From Nitrospirales bacterium (GTDB lineage: Bacteria > Nitrospirota > Nitrospiria > Nitrospirales > UBA8639): DNA of 64,000 nt. This document shows positions 1 through 29,400 of this stretch, one piece after another. Under the pieces are notes generated by a model, which worked only from the letters and a program-made list of their open reading frames with translations, searched no databases and was not told the DNA's origin. Made by a program: the position numbers and the translations under genes. The DNA lies in assembly GCA_965203295.1 (NCBI GenBank), contig CBDBCZ010000011.1, positions 1 through 64,000 on the forward strand, read 5' to 3'. Position 1 is the stretch's first letter; the number at the start of each line of letters is the position of its first letter.

Positions 1-520
1 CCTCTGGAGCAGCATAGGTGGGATTCCCAGGGCTGACTGTTTCCAACTGTCGGAGGAAGTTGACTGAACCGTAGTCTGAGAGTTTAGCTCTCCAGCTGTT
101 ATCACTACCGTGATCCAGCAGAACGTTGGCACTGCTCACATCGCGATGAATGATGGGGTCTGGCCTCATCAGGTGGAGGTAGTTTAGAGCTGTGGCAATG
201 TCACAGGAGATGGAGATGAGTGGCTGTCGTGGCAGCTCACCCAGCTCTCCCTGGTTAGTGGGCATCAGCTCTGTCAGGATGGTCAGCTCTCCCTGGAGAG
301 TGGCTCCAACAAACAGGAGCAAGTTGGGATGACGAACTCTGGCTGCCTCATACATGTACATCTCTCTGATGAAGAGGTCACGGTTGTAATGGGAAATGAT
401 TTGACTATAGAGACACTTGGCAGCAACGTGAGTCCCCCTAAATTTAGTGATTTTCACCTCTGCCCAACCTCCCTAGCCTTCCCAAGCTTTTCACCTGTCA
501 ACTCACCTGTTGACTCAATG
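1..520 (-). pseudogene. TKL-type Ser/Thr protein kinase domain, frameshifted in the Gly-rich loop; continues off the left edge
   Basis: The minus strand reads GGWAEVKITKFRGTHVAAKCLY...REMYMYEAARVRHPNLLLFVGAT...LNYLHLMRPDPIIHRDVSSANVLL...AKLSDYGSVNF...GNPTYAAPE, giving VAxK, HRD, DYG (DFG-equivalent) and APE motifs. A 5-nt insertion at 473-477 breaks LGKGGW. It is absent from the ORF track, probably because no stop falls inside the window. Confidence 0.88.
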
Positions 521-584
521 AGGGTCAATCTTCCGGAGTTGTAGTCTCAGATGACTCTGAGGAAGGAGTTCAAACATTCACTGC

Positions 585-1190
585 ATGCCGGATTCTGAAT
601 TATCTCTTCCTGGTTTCTCTATTTTTCGTCTGGATCGTAATCGCCATGGTGGCGGCATTCTTGTCTACATTAAATGTAGCCGTTCCCCTTCCGTTATTCC
701 TTATGATTCTTCTCCCATTGAGCTTCTTCTCCTTTCTGTCAAACTTAAACACTCATCTTATACTCTAGCTACGTTTTATCGTCTCCCTTCTTCTAGTACC
801 TTCTCCTCCCTTCAAAGTGTTCTCGAGTCTCTCCCTCATTCAACTTCGCTTAACCTCATTCTTCTCGGTGATTTTAATGTCGATGTTTCCTCTCCTTCCT
901 CATCTCTCAATTTATATCTGATTTATTTTCTCTTAATCAGATTGTATCTCTGCCTGGAACTCTCTCCCGTCCTATCTCAAAGACTGTCCCTCTCTCTCAT
1001 CTTTTGTGTTCCATCTGCGTAATCATACTATCTCTAGCTGTTATTAATGTTGTGTATATATTTACTCGTTGCTGTGTAGACTTGTAAACTTTTTAAATCT
1101 GGTGGTGCTCTTTATATTAGCTGTATACTATTGAGTATCCATTTTTGATCTATAAAAAAAATTAAAAAACAAAACAAAAAAAACAAAACA
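585..1190 (+). mobile_element. Internally deleted non-LTR retrotransposon (CR1/L2-like) fragment: APE endonuclease piece plus A-rich tail
   Basis: ORF 585-1022 has FRLDRNRHGGGILVY, YR and LILLGDFN endonuclease motifs. No RT follows, and an A-rich tail lies at ~1153-1190. Confidence 0.8.
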
Positions 1191-2006
1191 ATTTAACAAA
1201 ATGCCATATAGTATACCACAACATTTTGTTGAGCTGGCTCTGCAGATGTAACTAAAATTACATGTACTAAGAACCATTTCTTGTGGAAGTGAAAGGTGAG
1301 CAATGCATTATGTATGGGAAATTACTACAACTGATGTTGTCACCATTACTGTGTTTCTACACAGACTACAGCTATTCTTCACTCTGATTAGGCTGTTAGT
1401 AATGAGTCAATCAAGCGATCTAGCAGGAAAATTCACTACCTAGAAAAATTACAATAATGGGTAAATTAGCCAATATGGTAGTAGCTAGACGAATTTCATT
1501 CAGAACAAGGGCAAAGAATGGGTTTAGTGTAATCAAAGTTACATACATGTAACAAATGGAGTAAATTAGCTGTTTTTTTAGTAGTTAAGTAAAATTAATT
1601 CAAATAAACCTCTAGGCTCTGTGCCAGATTTCTAAGGTGAAGTTGAAGATGTTTCAGAATGCTTCTTGTCGGCTGAACAGATTCCATACACGTTATCAGC
1701 AGCCTCTCTGAACCAACTTTACCTCTCCGATTTAGCTTGCTGCAGGCCCCCTAAAGTAACATTGCTTACTACACCTCTGATTTAGCTCCCTGGGCACATC
1801 TTGTGCCCCATCATGTTGCTTTATTACACACTGTAATTCATGATTGGTAAAAGTTAAGGGCCTGCATATCACTAAAAACATTTAACAAGTTGTGGTCCAC
1901 CTTTTGGGAGAGAGTCAAGCAAATTATAGTGCAGTTCTTGTGGGACTGAAATCTGAAATCCACAAGTGCGGTAGTGACTATGAGTGGTAACATCACAGAC
2001 ACTCAC

Positions 2007-2173
2007 CTAATTGCAAGACAATCGTCTCAGCAATTTCGGATTTTAGCTCATCACCTCCAGGTACATGTTTAGGGGACCCAAACACTATGACCTCCACAAT
2101 GCCAGGACTCATGGTGCTATATAGCAGTTGCAGTGTGTCCGCATCGAGGTTGTACATCTTGAGAAACAGCCAG
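2007..2173 (-). pseudogene. Degenerate kelch-repeat exon, probably an upstream exon of the kinase pseudogene
   Basis: AG/GT-bounded segment reading LAVSQDVQPRCGHTATA-(frameshift)-TMSPGIVEVIVFGSPK...AETIVLQL, resembling a terminal kelch blade (R..H.A...V.VFG). Confidence 0.55.
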
Positions 2174-3486
2174 CTAGTGAAGACAATTAGTAGACAAAAT
2201 CTGCTGCCAATGGGACAAAAGTAAGTCTAATCAATGGCCTATTCCTCAAAACACCTGCATGTATTGACCATTCGTATTTCAGCCATGACTAGCTGACAAA
2301 CGTGCAAGTAGAACTGAATCTCTCTTATTAGCATGGGCATACATATGCATGATCATGCACAAATCAAATTTACAGATGGTATACGTAGAGCTAATGAAGA
2401 TATAAACACTTTGCTGTGGCAATGGCTTAGTACGGAACATGTACATTTATGGAAGGGGTGTGGACAAGGCTATGGTCAAAAAACTTGTGAGCACCTCACG
2501 CCATGCACTTACAAAGTAGACAACAGTAGTGAGGCCAGTTCTTACGCTACTCTGCTTACACCAGTTTGCACGCATGCATTCATCATAGTATTAGTTATAC
2601 ACTATATGAACAGGCTCTGTTACAGGACACATGAGGCCGGTGATAAATTTGGAATTTAGACATCCAATTACACGTGCAGTGGGTGGAGCTAATGACAACA
2701 GTTACCATGTCTAAATCATTCCACCCAACTGAGTATTTTCTGTGGATGTGTTATAGAGAGTATTGAGCATATATCATGCCTATTAGTTACCTATACACTC
2801 TTCTACATGCATGTACCTTGGAAGTATGTTAAAAAAACTTAAGGTGTATGGCTGGTATGTACATGTATATTTCATACATAATTACATCAATAGATTCACT
2901 GTGGTGAGTTTCATGCAATAATATGACTCTCCTTAAAATGTGGTATACCATTGTTACATCGGACCATCGTATTGGTGATAAATATAAAGACTTATATGCT
3001 CACACAACAGTACTGACATGCATATGCCTGTGCACTTATTGAAAAATGGCATCCGATAAACATAGAACGTCTGAAACAGTATAACCGAGGGCAGAGCTGA
3101 AGCAGACAATCCTTCGGCCAGTGATTAAGCCCAGACATACCACACTTATGAGAGAGGTGCCATATACCGTAAGTAGAGTCTGTCTCAGATTATCACTTCC
3201 TAAAGGAACACAAGTAGTAGAGTACCAGTCAAGGTCTCTTATTTTGTAATGCTGAAATTGGCTGTCAGCTACTGTAAAAGTTAAATAAAATACAGTTGAT
3301 CAACTGAATTGCTCATATTCTCATGATTGGTACTAAATCATAGATACTATATTCCATAATAAGTATCTATGACTAAATGTACACGTGCACACTGTGCATG
3401 GTAAGACAGCACGAGCAAGCCCCACCCACACTCATATAGTGTGTTCAATAGATAATATACTTCCCTCCCCTGTGCGTGCGTAAGCT

Positions 3487-3868
3487 TAGCCTCGTTTCCA
3501 GGCACGCGATTTTTTCGGTTGCACGAAGGAAAGTCACAGGGCCGGGCAACTAAAGTCGCGTGATCAACTTACGTCATAATCCATTTCGCAAGACGGCTGC
3601 GTTTCTCTACGTTTTACAGGAGATTTTCTTTCAGCGGTGAGTCTATGGCACAAACGGGCTATAAAGAAAGGCTACAAGAAGTGCAGATTCGCTACCTTCA
3701 CTCGTTGTGTGAGAATTGCACGTGTACTTGCCCACGCTCATAATTACCTTTCTACTACGCACCTTTCTACTCTTGGCCTCGCGCACATGACTTTAGTTCC
3801 CAGGCCCTGTGACATCCTACGCGTAACCGAAAATGGCCGAAAATGGCGCAGGTCTGGGAACGAGGCTA
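3487..3868. mobile_element. MITE of the TAGCCTCG...CGAGGCTA family
   Basis: Terminal inverted repeats tagcctcgtttccagg / tctgggaacgaggcta; the same ends recur many times in the window. Confidence 0.75.
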
Positions 3869-4264
3869 CGGTCCACATACCACATATCAATTTGCAATAC
3901 TGTTGGAATCATTAACGCCTACGTCAATGTACTTGCATATCCATCAACAGTTTTCACGTGCACGTGGCCTAAGCTTATATTATTATTATGATAAATTAGT
4001 TGTATCTAGACATAGATAATATAGCCATATATTATCTATGATCTAGATAAGTGATCTCTTTCATTGCCACGCCCCTAATACTCTATTATCTATTGGGAAA
4101 TGAATACACTGCCAAGTGTACGTGTGTATAGATAAGGTTGGAAAAGGGGGAGTATAATAATGGTCGAAGCCTGAGGGGGGAAACTTATACAATTCTCATC
4201 CATGGGTGAAGATACTGGCATCGTGGACCACTAGCTACGTACATGTAGCTGCATACTAGTCAGT

Positions 4265-4900
4265 TTATTTTTTTGTCACTCGAAAGCAGGCGCAGTCTTC
4301 CTCGGGATCGATGTAGACAGGGTGATCCCGCCATGAAGGATAGCTGTATTGCGGGCTGATATCACGCTGTGCTGCAAATTTCTGCCATCCCCACTCACGA
4401 TTTTCGTAGTATCGGTACGTTGGCTTCCTAGTGACGTCAGGTGGAGTTTGAGAGTTGAAGGCAATCACCCGTTGAATATCTTCTCCTTCATCCGTCTCAT
4501 CTATATCTAACAGCTTCACAACAAACCTTCCTCGAAAAGGCCAAAGTAGCCTGTCGTCAAATTCCCCCGGTATCAGTTGTAAAAACACAGATACGTGCGT
4601 GTCTGCACCATCCCTGGTACCGTTAGCATACACAGTAAGGTTCATCTTGTACCCCTGGGGAGCCGTGTAAAAGGGTTCGCTCAACCACACGTCGCTGTCA
4701 CTGCTATGCTGTTCGAAATCGTACATTGTAAACGTGCAAGGAGTTTTGAGGCGGTAAGAATCCAGTTTGCCCACATGTCTCTTCAACTTGCTTCCTCGCA
4801 GATTCCCGCTTTCCTTTTGTGCAACAATGCGAGCCAGTTTGTCGCGTGCGAGGACTGAGAACCTGTACTTTGCTACTGGAAGCTGCGACTCGTACTCCAT
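4265..4900 (-). CDS. Stand-alone MATH (TRAF-C) domain protein, copy 1, 211 aa, intronless
   Basis: WLSEPFYTAPQGYKMNLTVYANG...THVSVFLQLIPGEFDDRLLWPF...WGWQKF are TRAF-type MATH signatures. No RING or zinc fingers are present. Confidence 0.88.
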   Translation of the reverse strand: MEYESQLPVAKYRFSVLARDKLARIVAQKESGNLRGSKLKRHVGKLDSYRLKTPCTFTMYDFEQHSSDSDVWLSEPFYTAPQGYKMNLTVYANGTRDGADTHVSVFLQLIPGEFDDRLLWPFRGRFVVKLLDIDETDEGEDIQRVIAFNSQTPPDVTRKPTYRYYENREWGWQKFAAQRDISPQYSYPSWRDHPVYIDPEEDCACFRVTKK

Positions 4901-5786
4901 GACTCACCGAGCTGTTCTGTAAAAGCGATGTAAGTATACATTATCTATGATATTATCATAGATTGTATCATATTCTCGGGGAAAGTGGTCTGGGACTTGC
5001 CATGCTGGCATTCCTCCCGCCGCTCTCTGGAGTGCGATCCAATCACCTTGCAGTATTCGGTCACATGACGAAGAAGTATGGAATTAACAAAAAGATTAGT
5101 AATCTGATTACGTAAGCGTTCTGAGAACCGTTCACTTCACAGCAATCTTCGCCCTCCCCTCGAGGTCATGCTTAGCAGTCAGTATCGCAGCCAAGGCTGA
5201 AAAAACAAAAAACAACTGATTCCATCCTACTATCGCACCACTTTCGCTTGGGCGAGTAGGCCTAAGCTAACGTGGTATAATTATGGCTAGCCTAACATTC
5301 ATGAATGCAACATGTTTGGGCAAACCCTATCAAATTAACATGTTTAGTACGTGTACATGTATTTATGCCAGCATTGAAGGAAGTGAGTGCTCCTGTATGC
5401 AAGACGGGCCTTACTGGCTCAGGAGAGCATGCACGGTGAGTGACAGTGTAGCCTTGTAATGTACCCCAAACACATTATGAGTACATGTACATGTAAGAGA
5501 CTACACAAGCTAGTGACCAGCTGATCATCACACCACAAGATGTATAGTGATATTATAACAATGGTAAAATGCACAGCAATGAATACACTGCCAAGTGTAA
5601 ACATAAGGTTGGAAAACAGGGAGGATAAAAGAAATGGTTGGCATTTACAATATATGGGTCACAGAAGCTCTATCAGTCATTCTTGCATGGCCTAGCTATA
5701 TATATATGTAATGATGCATCTATACTAGGATATAATATACTGATATATATCATCGTAGACCTTTAGTTATGTAGCTGTACACCAGT

Positions 5787-6407
5787 TTACTGTTTTATCA
5801 CTCGGAAGTAGGCGCAGTCTTCCCCGGAATTGATGTAGACAGGATATTCCCACCATAGCCAACAGCTACTGTATTGCGGGCCGAGATCACGCTGTGCAGC
5901 AAATTTCTGGCGCCCCCACCCACGATTCTCCTTGTACGTAGGCTTCCCCGCGACGTCATGTGGGGTTTGGGAGTTGAAGGAAATTTCCTGTTCAATATCT
6001 TGCCCGTTGCCCGAGTGTTCTAACAATTTGACGACAAAAGTTTCTCGAAAAGGCCAACGCAGCCTGTCGTCAAATTCCCCCGGTAACAGCTGTAGAAACA
6101 CCGACACATGCGTTCCTTCACCATTCCCAATCCCATTAGCATACACACTGAGGTTCATCTTGTACCCCTGGGGAGCCGTGTAAAAGGGTTCGCTCAACCA
6201 CACGTCGCCGTCTCTTTTATGCTGTTCGAAATCGTACATCATGAACTTGCACGGTGTTTTGAGGCGGGAAGAATCCAGTTCCAGCACCTGTCTCTTCAAC
6301 TCTCTCCCTAGGAGATTCCCCCTTCGCTTTCGCGAAACAATGCGAGCCAGCTCGTCCCTTGCGAGGACGGAAAGCTTGTACTTTGCTACTGGAGGCTGCG
6401 TCTCCAT
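5787..6407 (-). CDS. Stand-alone MATH (TRAF-C) domain protein, copy 2, 206 aa, intronless
   Basis: Tandem paralog of 4265-4900 with the same motifs (YANGIGNGEGTHVSVF, GEFDDRLRWPF). A 3' flank is shared (aatgaatacactgccaagtgta at ~4099 and ~5578). Confidence 0.88.
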   Translation of the reverse strand: METQPPVAKYKLSVLARDELARIVSRKRRGNLLGRELKRQVLELDSSRLKTPCKFMMYDFEQHKRDGDVWLSEPFYTAPQGYKMNLSVYANGIGNGEGTHVSVFLQLLPGEFDDRLRWPFRETFVVKLLEHSGNGQDIEQEISFNSQTPHDVAGKPTYKENRGWGRQKFAAQRDLGPQYSSCWLWWEYPVYINSGEDCAYFRVIKQ

Positions 6408-6654
6408 GACACACTGAGTTGTTCGATCGTGTACCAGTGCCAGCTAGCTATAGCTACTTGATTGTAACGCCGGTAGCTACATTCAATGAAGTGGCCGCAT
6501 GAATTCTTTTAACAAGAGCTAGGGGAATTTTTCATGCTGAAATGGCTAATTAAGGCCTGAGGGTAAGCCCCAAGAAAATGACGCGTAGAATAGTCATGTA
6601 TGCTCCTCCCCCAAGCAGTGCGCAGTGCGCAGTGCTAGTGTGCAGGGCTAGGGA

Positions 6655-6709
6655 TAGTCTCGTGCCCAGCCGGAAATTTCCGTGAAATTTCCGGCTGGGC
6701 ACGAGACTA
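6655..6709. mobile_element. Minimal hairpin MITE (TAG-ended family) with 9-bp TSD
   Basis: Near-perfect palindrome tagtctcgtgcccagccggaaattt...aaatttccggctgggcacgagacta, flanked on both sides by ggctaggga. Confidence 0.85.
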
Positions 6710-7828
6710 GGCTAGGGACAGCTTCACGACACGTGAGCGCCAGACCGGATGCGAAGCATGCAGAACATTCAGAGCAGTTGCCTTTCTAGCTATCCAGTTA
6801 TTTTCATGTAAATATAAAAAAAACAACAGTCCACATGCATGTACAACATGCACTGATGTATTGTGAAAATGGGGATCCTGTGGGTCGAAATAAGGATCTT
6901 ATAAAAAAATATATATTCAGCGGTAAAGTGTCCAGTAGAGAAAATTTACTTGCAGATGACAGTATATTGATGACTGAAACAAATGCGCAATGAAGTGGCT
7001 GGCTTTAGCAGGGACTAGCAGGCTCCTTCTGAAAGCGGGGCGGATCGATTGGTTCATGACACACATGCCTTAAAAACTGTTATACATGCAACCAACATCA
7101 GTGTGTGCCACGTATGCACCCGACTGGTTGCAGAACATGCCTAAGGAATGCAGTCTCTAAATAGCTTGCAATTTCTATCGCTTGGAATTTCTAGCTTGCA
7201 ATTTCTAGCTTGCAATTTCTATGAAAAATGGGCCCCAACTTCACTGTGAAATTTTAGTTCTCTATAGAATCCCAAAATTCATCAAAATAAGGACCCGGGC
7301 CATGCATATTATGGGTACCCAGGGTCCCCAGTTTGAAATACCTGACACAGGTTATTGTCAAGTGAAGGGGGTATAGTTAGCAGTGGTAGTACATATTATA
7401 ATAGAAAGTGCTTCTGCAGATCCCTGCAGAATTGGCAAACAGTACAGAAATAACTATTGTGCTGATTGGACACTTGTGTCCACCTCCACATTCCCAGGCC
7501 TCAGCACAGTCATTTTATTTTTCCCTGGAAGATGCTACTATAGTGAGCAACATAAATGTATAATGGCATTGCCATTATCTGTATGCATGACTGCATGCAT
7601 AAATGTACATGTATATTGGACACATGTATACATGTTTAGATAAATGAGAATACTAGCAAAGAAGTAATTAGTAAACCAATCACTATTGTAATTACGCTCA
7701 GAAACCATAAAAATATCTGTGAAGTTGAAGCTATCAGTACAATTGTTCTGTCAGCTTATGTTCAGTTTTAATGAAGGTGAAATTGAAATTGGTGATGTTT
7801 GTAAAGCTTGCCTTTGCTATATTACTGC

Positions 7829-25700
<17,872 letters not shown>

Positions 25701-25978
25701 CGCGCCGCTGCACTTGCTACGACACGGCGATAGTCCTGTTTTCCTCCGCGCGAAACTGTGCGTATTGAAGGGAAAAGTGCAATACACCAGCAGTGCTGAA
25801 CGCCCTAAAATCGGCACGCCCCCTAATGTTTGGGGGCGGGGTCTTTTCTTACCTCACGCGCAGCTGACTCAGCAAATTCTGTGTGAGACTCGTTTTCTCT
25901 CTGTGTAAGCGTGTGTATACCTCCCACTGTTCGAGTATACCTTTACAGAGTTCTGTCCTGTTGTCTTAGTCGTTAATA
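25701..25978. promoter_or_regulatory. Bidirectional promoter between ninein and RNF7
   Basis: Divergent ATGs 278 bp apart; GC box gggggcgggg at ~25831-25840. Confidence 0.7.
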
Positions 25979-28551
25979 ATGGCGGAGGAACAAACTCAAA
26001 CGGCCATGGAAGTGGACGCGAAAAAAGAAAAAGAGGGCAAGGCGAAGTCCAAGAGTAAGGCTCCCAGCGGGCAGATGTTCACCCTCAAGAAGTGGAACGC
26101 CGTGGCCATGTGGCAGTGGGACGTAGAGTGTGACACGTGTGCTATCTGTAGAGTTCAAGTGATGGGTAAGTGACCAATTTTATACGCTGATTATAAGGAG
26201 TTTGTGCGGTATAGTCTTGTTATTAAATTTACACCTACATGTACATGGCTATAGTGTTGTTTTGGTATTTGTCCGACCGTACATTCTTCTCTTATCACTC
26301 ACAAGTATCTGTTAAGGCACTCCAGATTAAACTGTAGCTTCTCATTCGTGCCTGCCCATTTCTGAATTAAGGGACTGTATATAGTATTACGTGTCCCTTA
26401 TAAATTGCCTTGCGGCAGAACCAAAGTTTCTCTCAAGTCTGTTTGTCCTGTTGCTGCAGTCTATACAGCTGGTATTGTAAATTACACGTGTACTGTGACA
26501 ATTAGATCTTCCACGCACTGGATCGATTGATGGGCTTTAATAGGGATAACTTTGAAGTACATGTGGTATTATTGAAGATTGTACCTTCCCCTACTGAGCT
26601 ACCAGATGAGTAATGGTAGGATTCTGTAGATAGCCTCTTGCTCGAGCGTTGACTATACGATTTATCTAGGAAGACTGCTCTAGGATGCCTAGTCTCCAAG
26701 TCCCTCAAAAATTGCAGAAGGAGGGCATGGTCATTAGGCTGAGGTGGAATTGTACAGTCTGGAATGTTATTAACAATATTTTTATCCGCCTGCTAATGCT
26801 AGCTCTATAGACCTCACTCTGGCTGCATGCATGGACCTTGATATCAGGGAAGAGCTGACTATCTGACGCAAAGCAACACTGTAAATAGACGCTGAGTCTA
26901 GAAACCGAGGCTGTAGTGTTCCGAGCGAAGCGAAGGCGCTACTATGGGCCCAAAACGACTATTGACCCCTCCCTCTGAGTTAGAGTCTCGCCGTTCACCA
27001 TTTGTGTAGCTGTTTGGCTCCCTTGTAAGACTTACTAGAGTAGTTTTCACTCAGTAAGCGCTTTACCAGCTGGTGCTAGCTATGTACATGTATGTATATA
27101 TACATGTAGTGTCGCTATGGTCTACTAACCTGTGAGTTTACTATATAAGTGTTCGACACTCTTAGAAAGCCTGTACCGAGGTGTCTAAGTGATTTAGAAA
27201 CCTCGTTTTGCCCAATCAGATCACAGGATTTGCTATATAGTCTAAGCTTGCTGGAGGAGCTCACCCATTGACTTCTCAGTCTTGAGTATATAGGAAGCGA
27301 TGTACATCACACATGAATAAGGTTTCGGCAAGACGATAAACTTAGCAAAGTTGATCTGCTGTACAAGTGCATTATGCTAACTAGAAGTCTCTAGCAGAGA
27401 CATACCCCGCTGTGCATAATTCACAACTTGGACCTGGCAGGACTGCAGACTGGACTGATGGAGTAGTTGGCAAAGTGTACATGTATATCACTGGCTGTGT
27501 ATCCGCACGCAGAGTGTACAGCGCTCGTGTATGCGTATATATCTGTATATCCTATGGGAAGTGGTGGGCGTGACTGATTGCCAATATGAATGCTTGACCA
27601 GAGTCCGTATATGCCCGGCCTCTATCGTATTCTAGTTGTGACCGTATTAAAATGGCAGAAGAAAGAGCTGTAGATACAGCGAATGAAACCGCTTTGGCGA
27701 CTATCAGGTACACACCCGGACATTTTTTTTTTGATTTCAATGTTACTGTCGTGTTTAGCAATCGCTTAACCCTGCAAATCGCGAGATAGCCCGATTTTTG
27801 AGTGGACAGACACCGGATAGACGGACGGACAGACAGACAGACAGAACCAATCGCTTAACCCCGCGGCGCGTAGTAAACACCTCCCCAAACAAAGGGCAGA
27901 TGCATGAGAATGACCCACAACATACTCACTGACTGCTAATGCCATGGTTGTCTAGATTGGAGGGCATATTTACGCTGGGGTGGTGCATGGAGAGATGCGG
28001 ACTGCTACATGTATCTCTCAGTGAACTAATATTGTGTTTAATATTAAGTATTCTTCTGCATGTAGATGCTTGTTTGAGGTGTCAGACAGAGGGCAAGCAA
28101 GAAGAGTGTGTCGGTGAGTTCAGAATATAGGAAGTTTCTATACATCATGGTATGGAAATCTTCTAATTCTTGAGTTCTGTAATATCAATGGTTGGCTATA
28201 GCCTTAAAAATTAAACTTGGCTTGGCATTCCCAAACATATACATATTATGTTCTAAAATTTCAACATTTCTTTTGTGCAATTCGTTGAATTTCCAATTCT
28301 AAATTTGGAGTTGGCCCACTACTTGTACAGGCATGCCTGAGCCCTCCCTTTTTCAACAGTAGTCGCAGCACTCATGGGCTCCTGGTATTATAATAGTACC
28401 GCATCATGCTGATTTCCCCTTCCTCCACATAGTGGTGTGGGGTGAGTGCAATCACTCCTTCCACAACTGCTGCATGCAGCTCTGGATCAAGCAGAACAAC
28501 AGGTGTCCCCTGTGCCAGCAGGAGTGGGTCGTGCAAAGATTTGGTAGCTAA
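25979..28551 (+). CDS. RNF7: RING-box protein 2 (RBX2/SAG), 3 exons, 117 aa
   Basis: Exons 25979-26165, 28066-28113, 28433-28551 give [37 protein letters not shown]...[35 protein letters not shown]2-type residues. Confidence 0.96.
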
Positions 28552-29400
28552 TCCACAACAGATGTACAGTACACTCACACAGATCCTGATACTTATAATA
28601 CATGTATGTATTTTACTATTATGATTACACTGGGATGGTACATGGTGTAGTTTTTCATGGTAAATATAGCTTTCCACACTTTAGCTATTGATCCCCCAAT
28701 TAAGCTGCAGAATTAGAGGGGCTGGATGATGGCCTGGCAGGACAGGAATAATTACTCTCTAAGTAATGGGCCTCCCACTAAATGTGGCTGACTTTAGTAA
28801 CAGTCAGCCACCACTCCAACAACATAGCCTATACTTTATGTCCACTAGCAGGGTTTCATAAGGACCTTACGTATGTTACGGGGGAATGCACCGACCACTA
28901 TAGGGGGTGTGCCCCCCCCCCTCCCCCTCTGAAGCCACTTTGGAGTTAAAATTATGGTACTGAAAGAAGTTAGAAGTACCACTTAGACATGGCAACTATA
29001 TAAGAGTTAGTAGTATATGCCAAGTTTGTTTTTTTTTTGGAAGGGGGGTTTCCCCACTCCAACGAAACCCTGACTAGCCTCCTTCCCAGTCTCTACTGCA
29101 GATGAAAAACTGGCGGTGGAGACATGAGAGGAGACTATTATAACGCTAGTACTGTGTGTGCATACATGAGAATAGTCTGTAGATAGCCCCGCCCATGAAC
29201 AGGAAGTGGAAGTGGCAGCCAATTGGTATTATACTCTAAATAAACACTATAAATGATTATTTATATGAGTATGATATCACAAACAATCCTCTACAAAAAA
29301 CTACACAGTCCAGCATCCTAAAATCTTCATGTAGTTTGCGATCACTAAATAATGGGAGGAAAAACAAAACAAAAGAGGTCAACAAAACAGGAGAGGTTCA

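Noticed and set aside
26500..27880. Nested gene in RNF7 intron 1
   Set aside because: Only short ORFs and decayed repeat hallmarks (gagcgaagcga, gacggaca/gaca tracts) typical of DINE-like elements.
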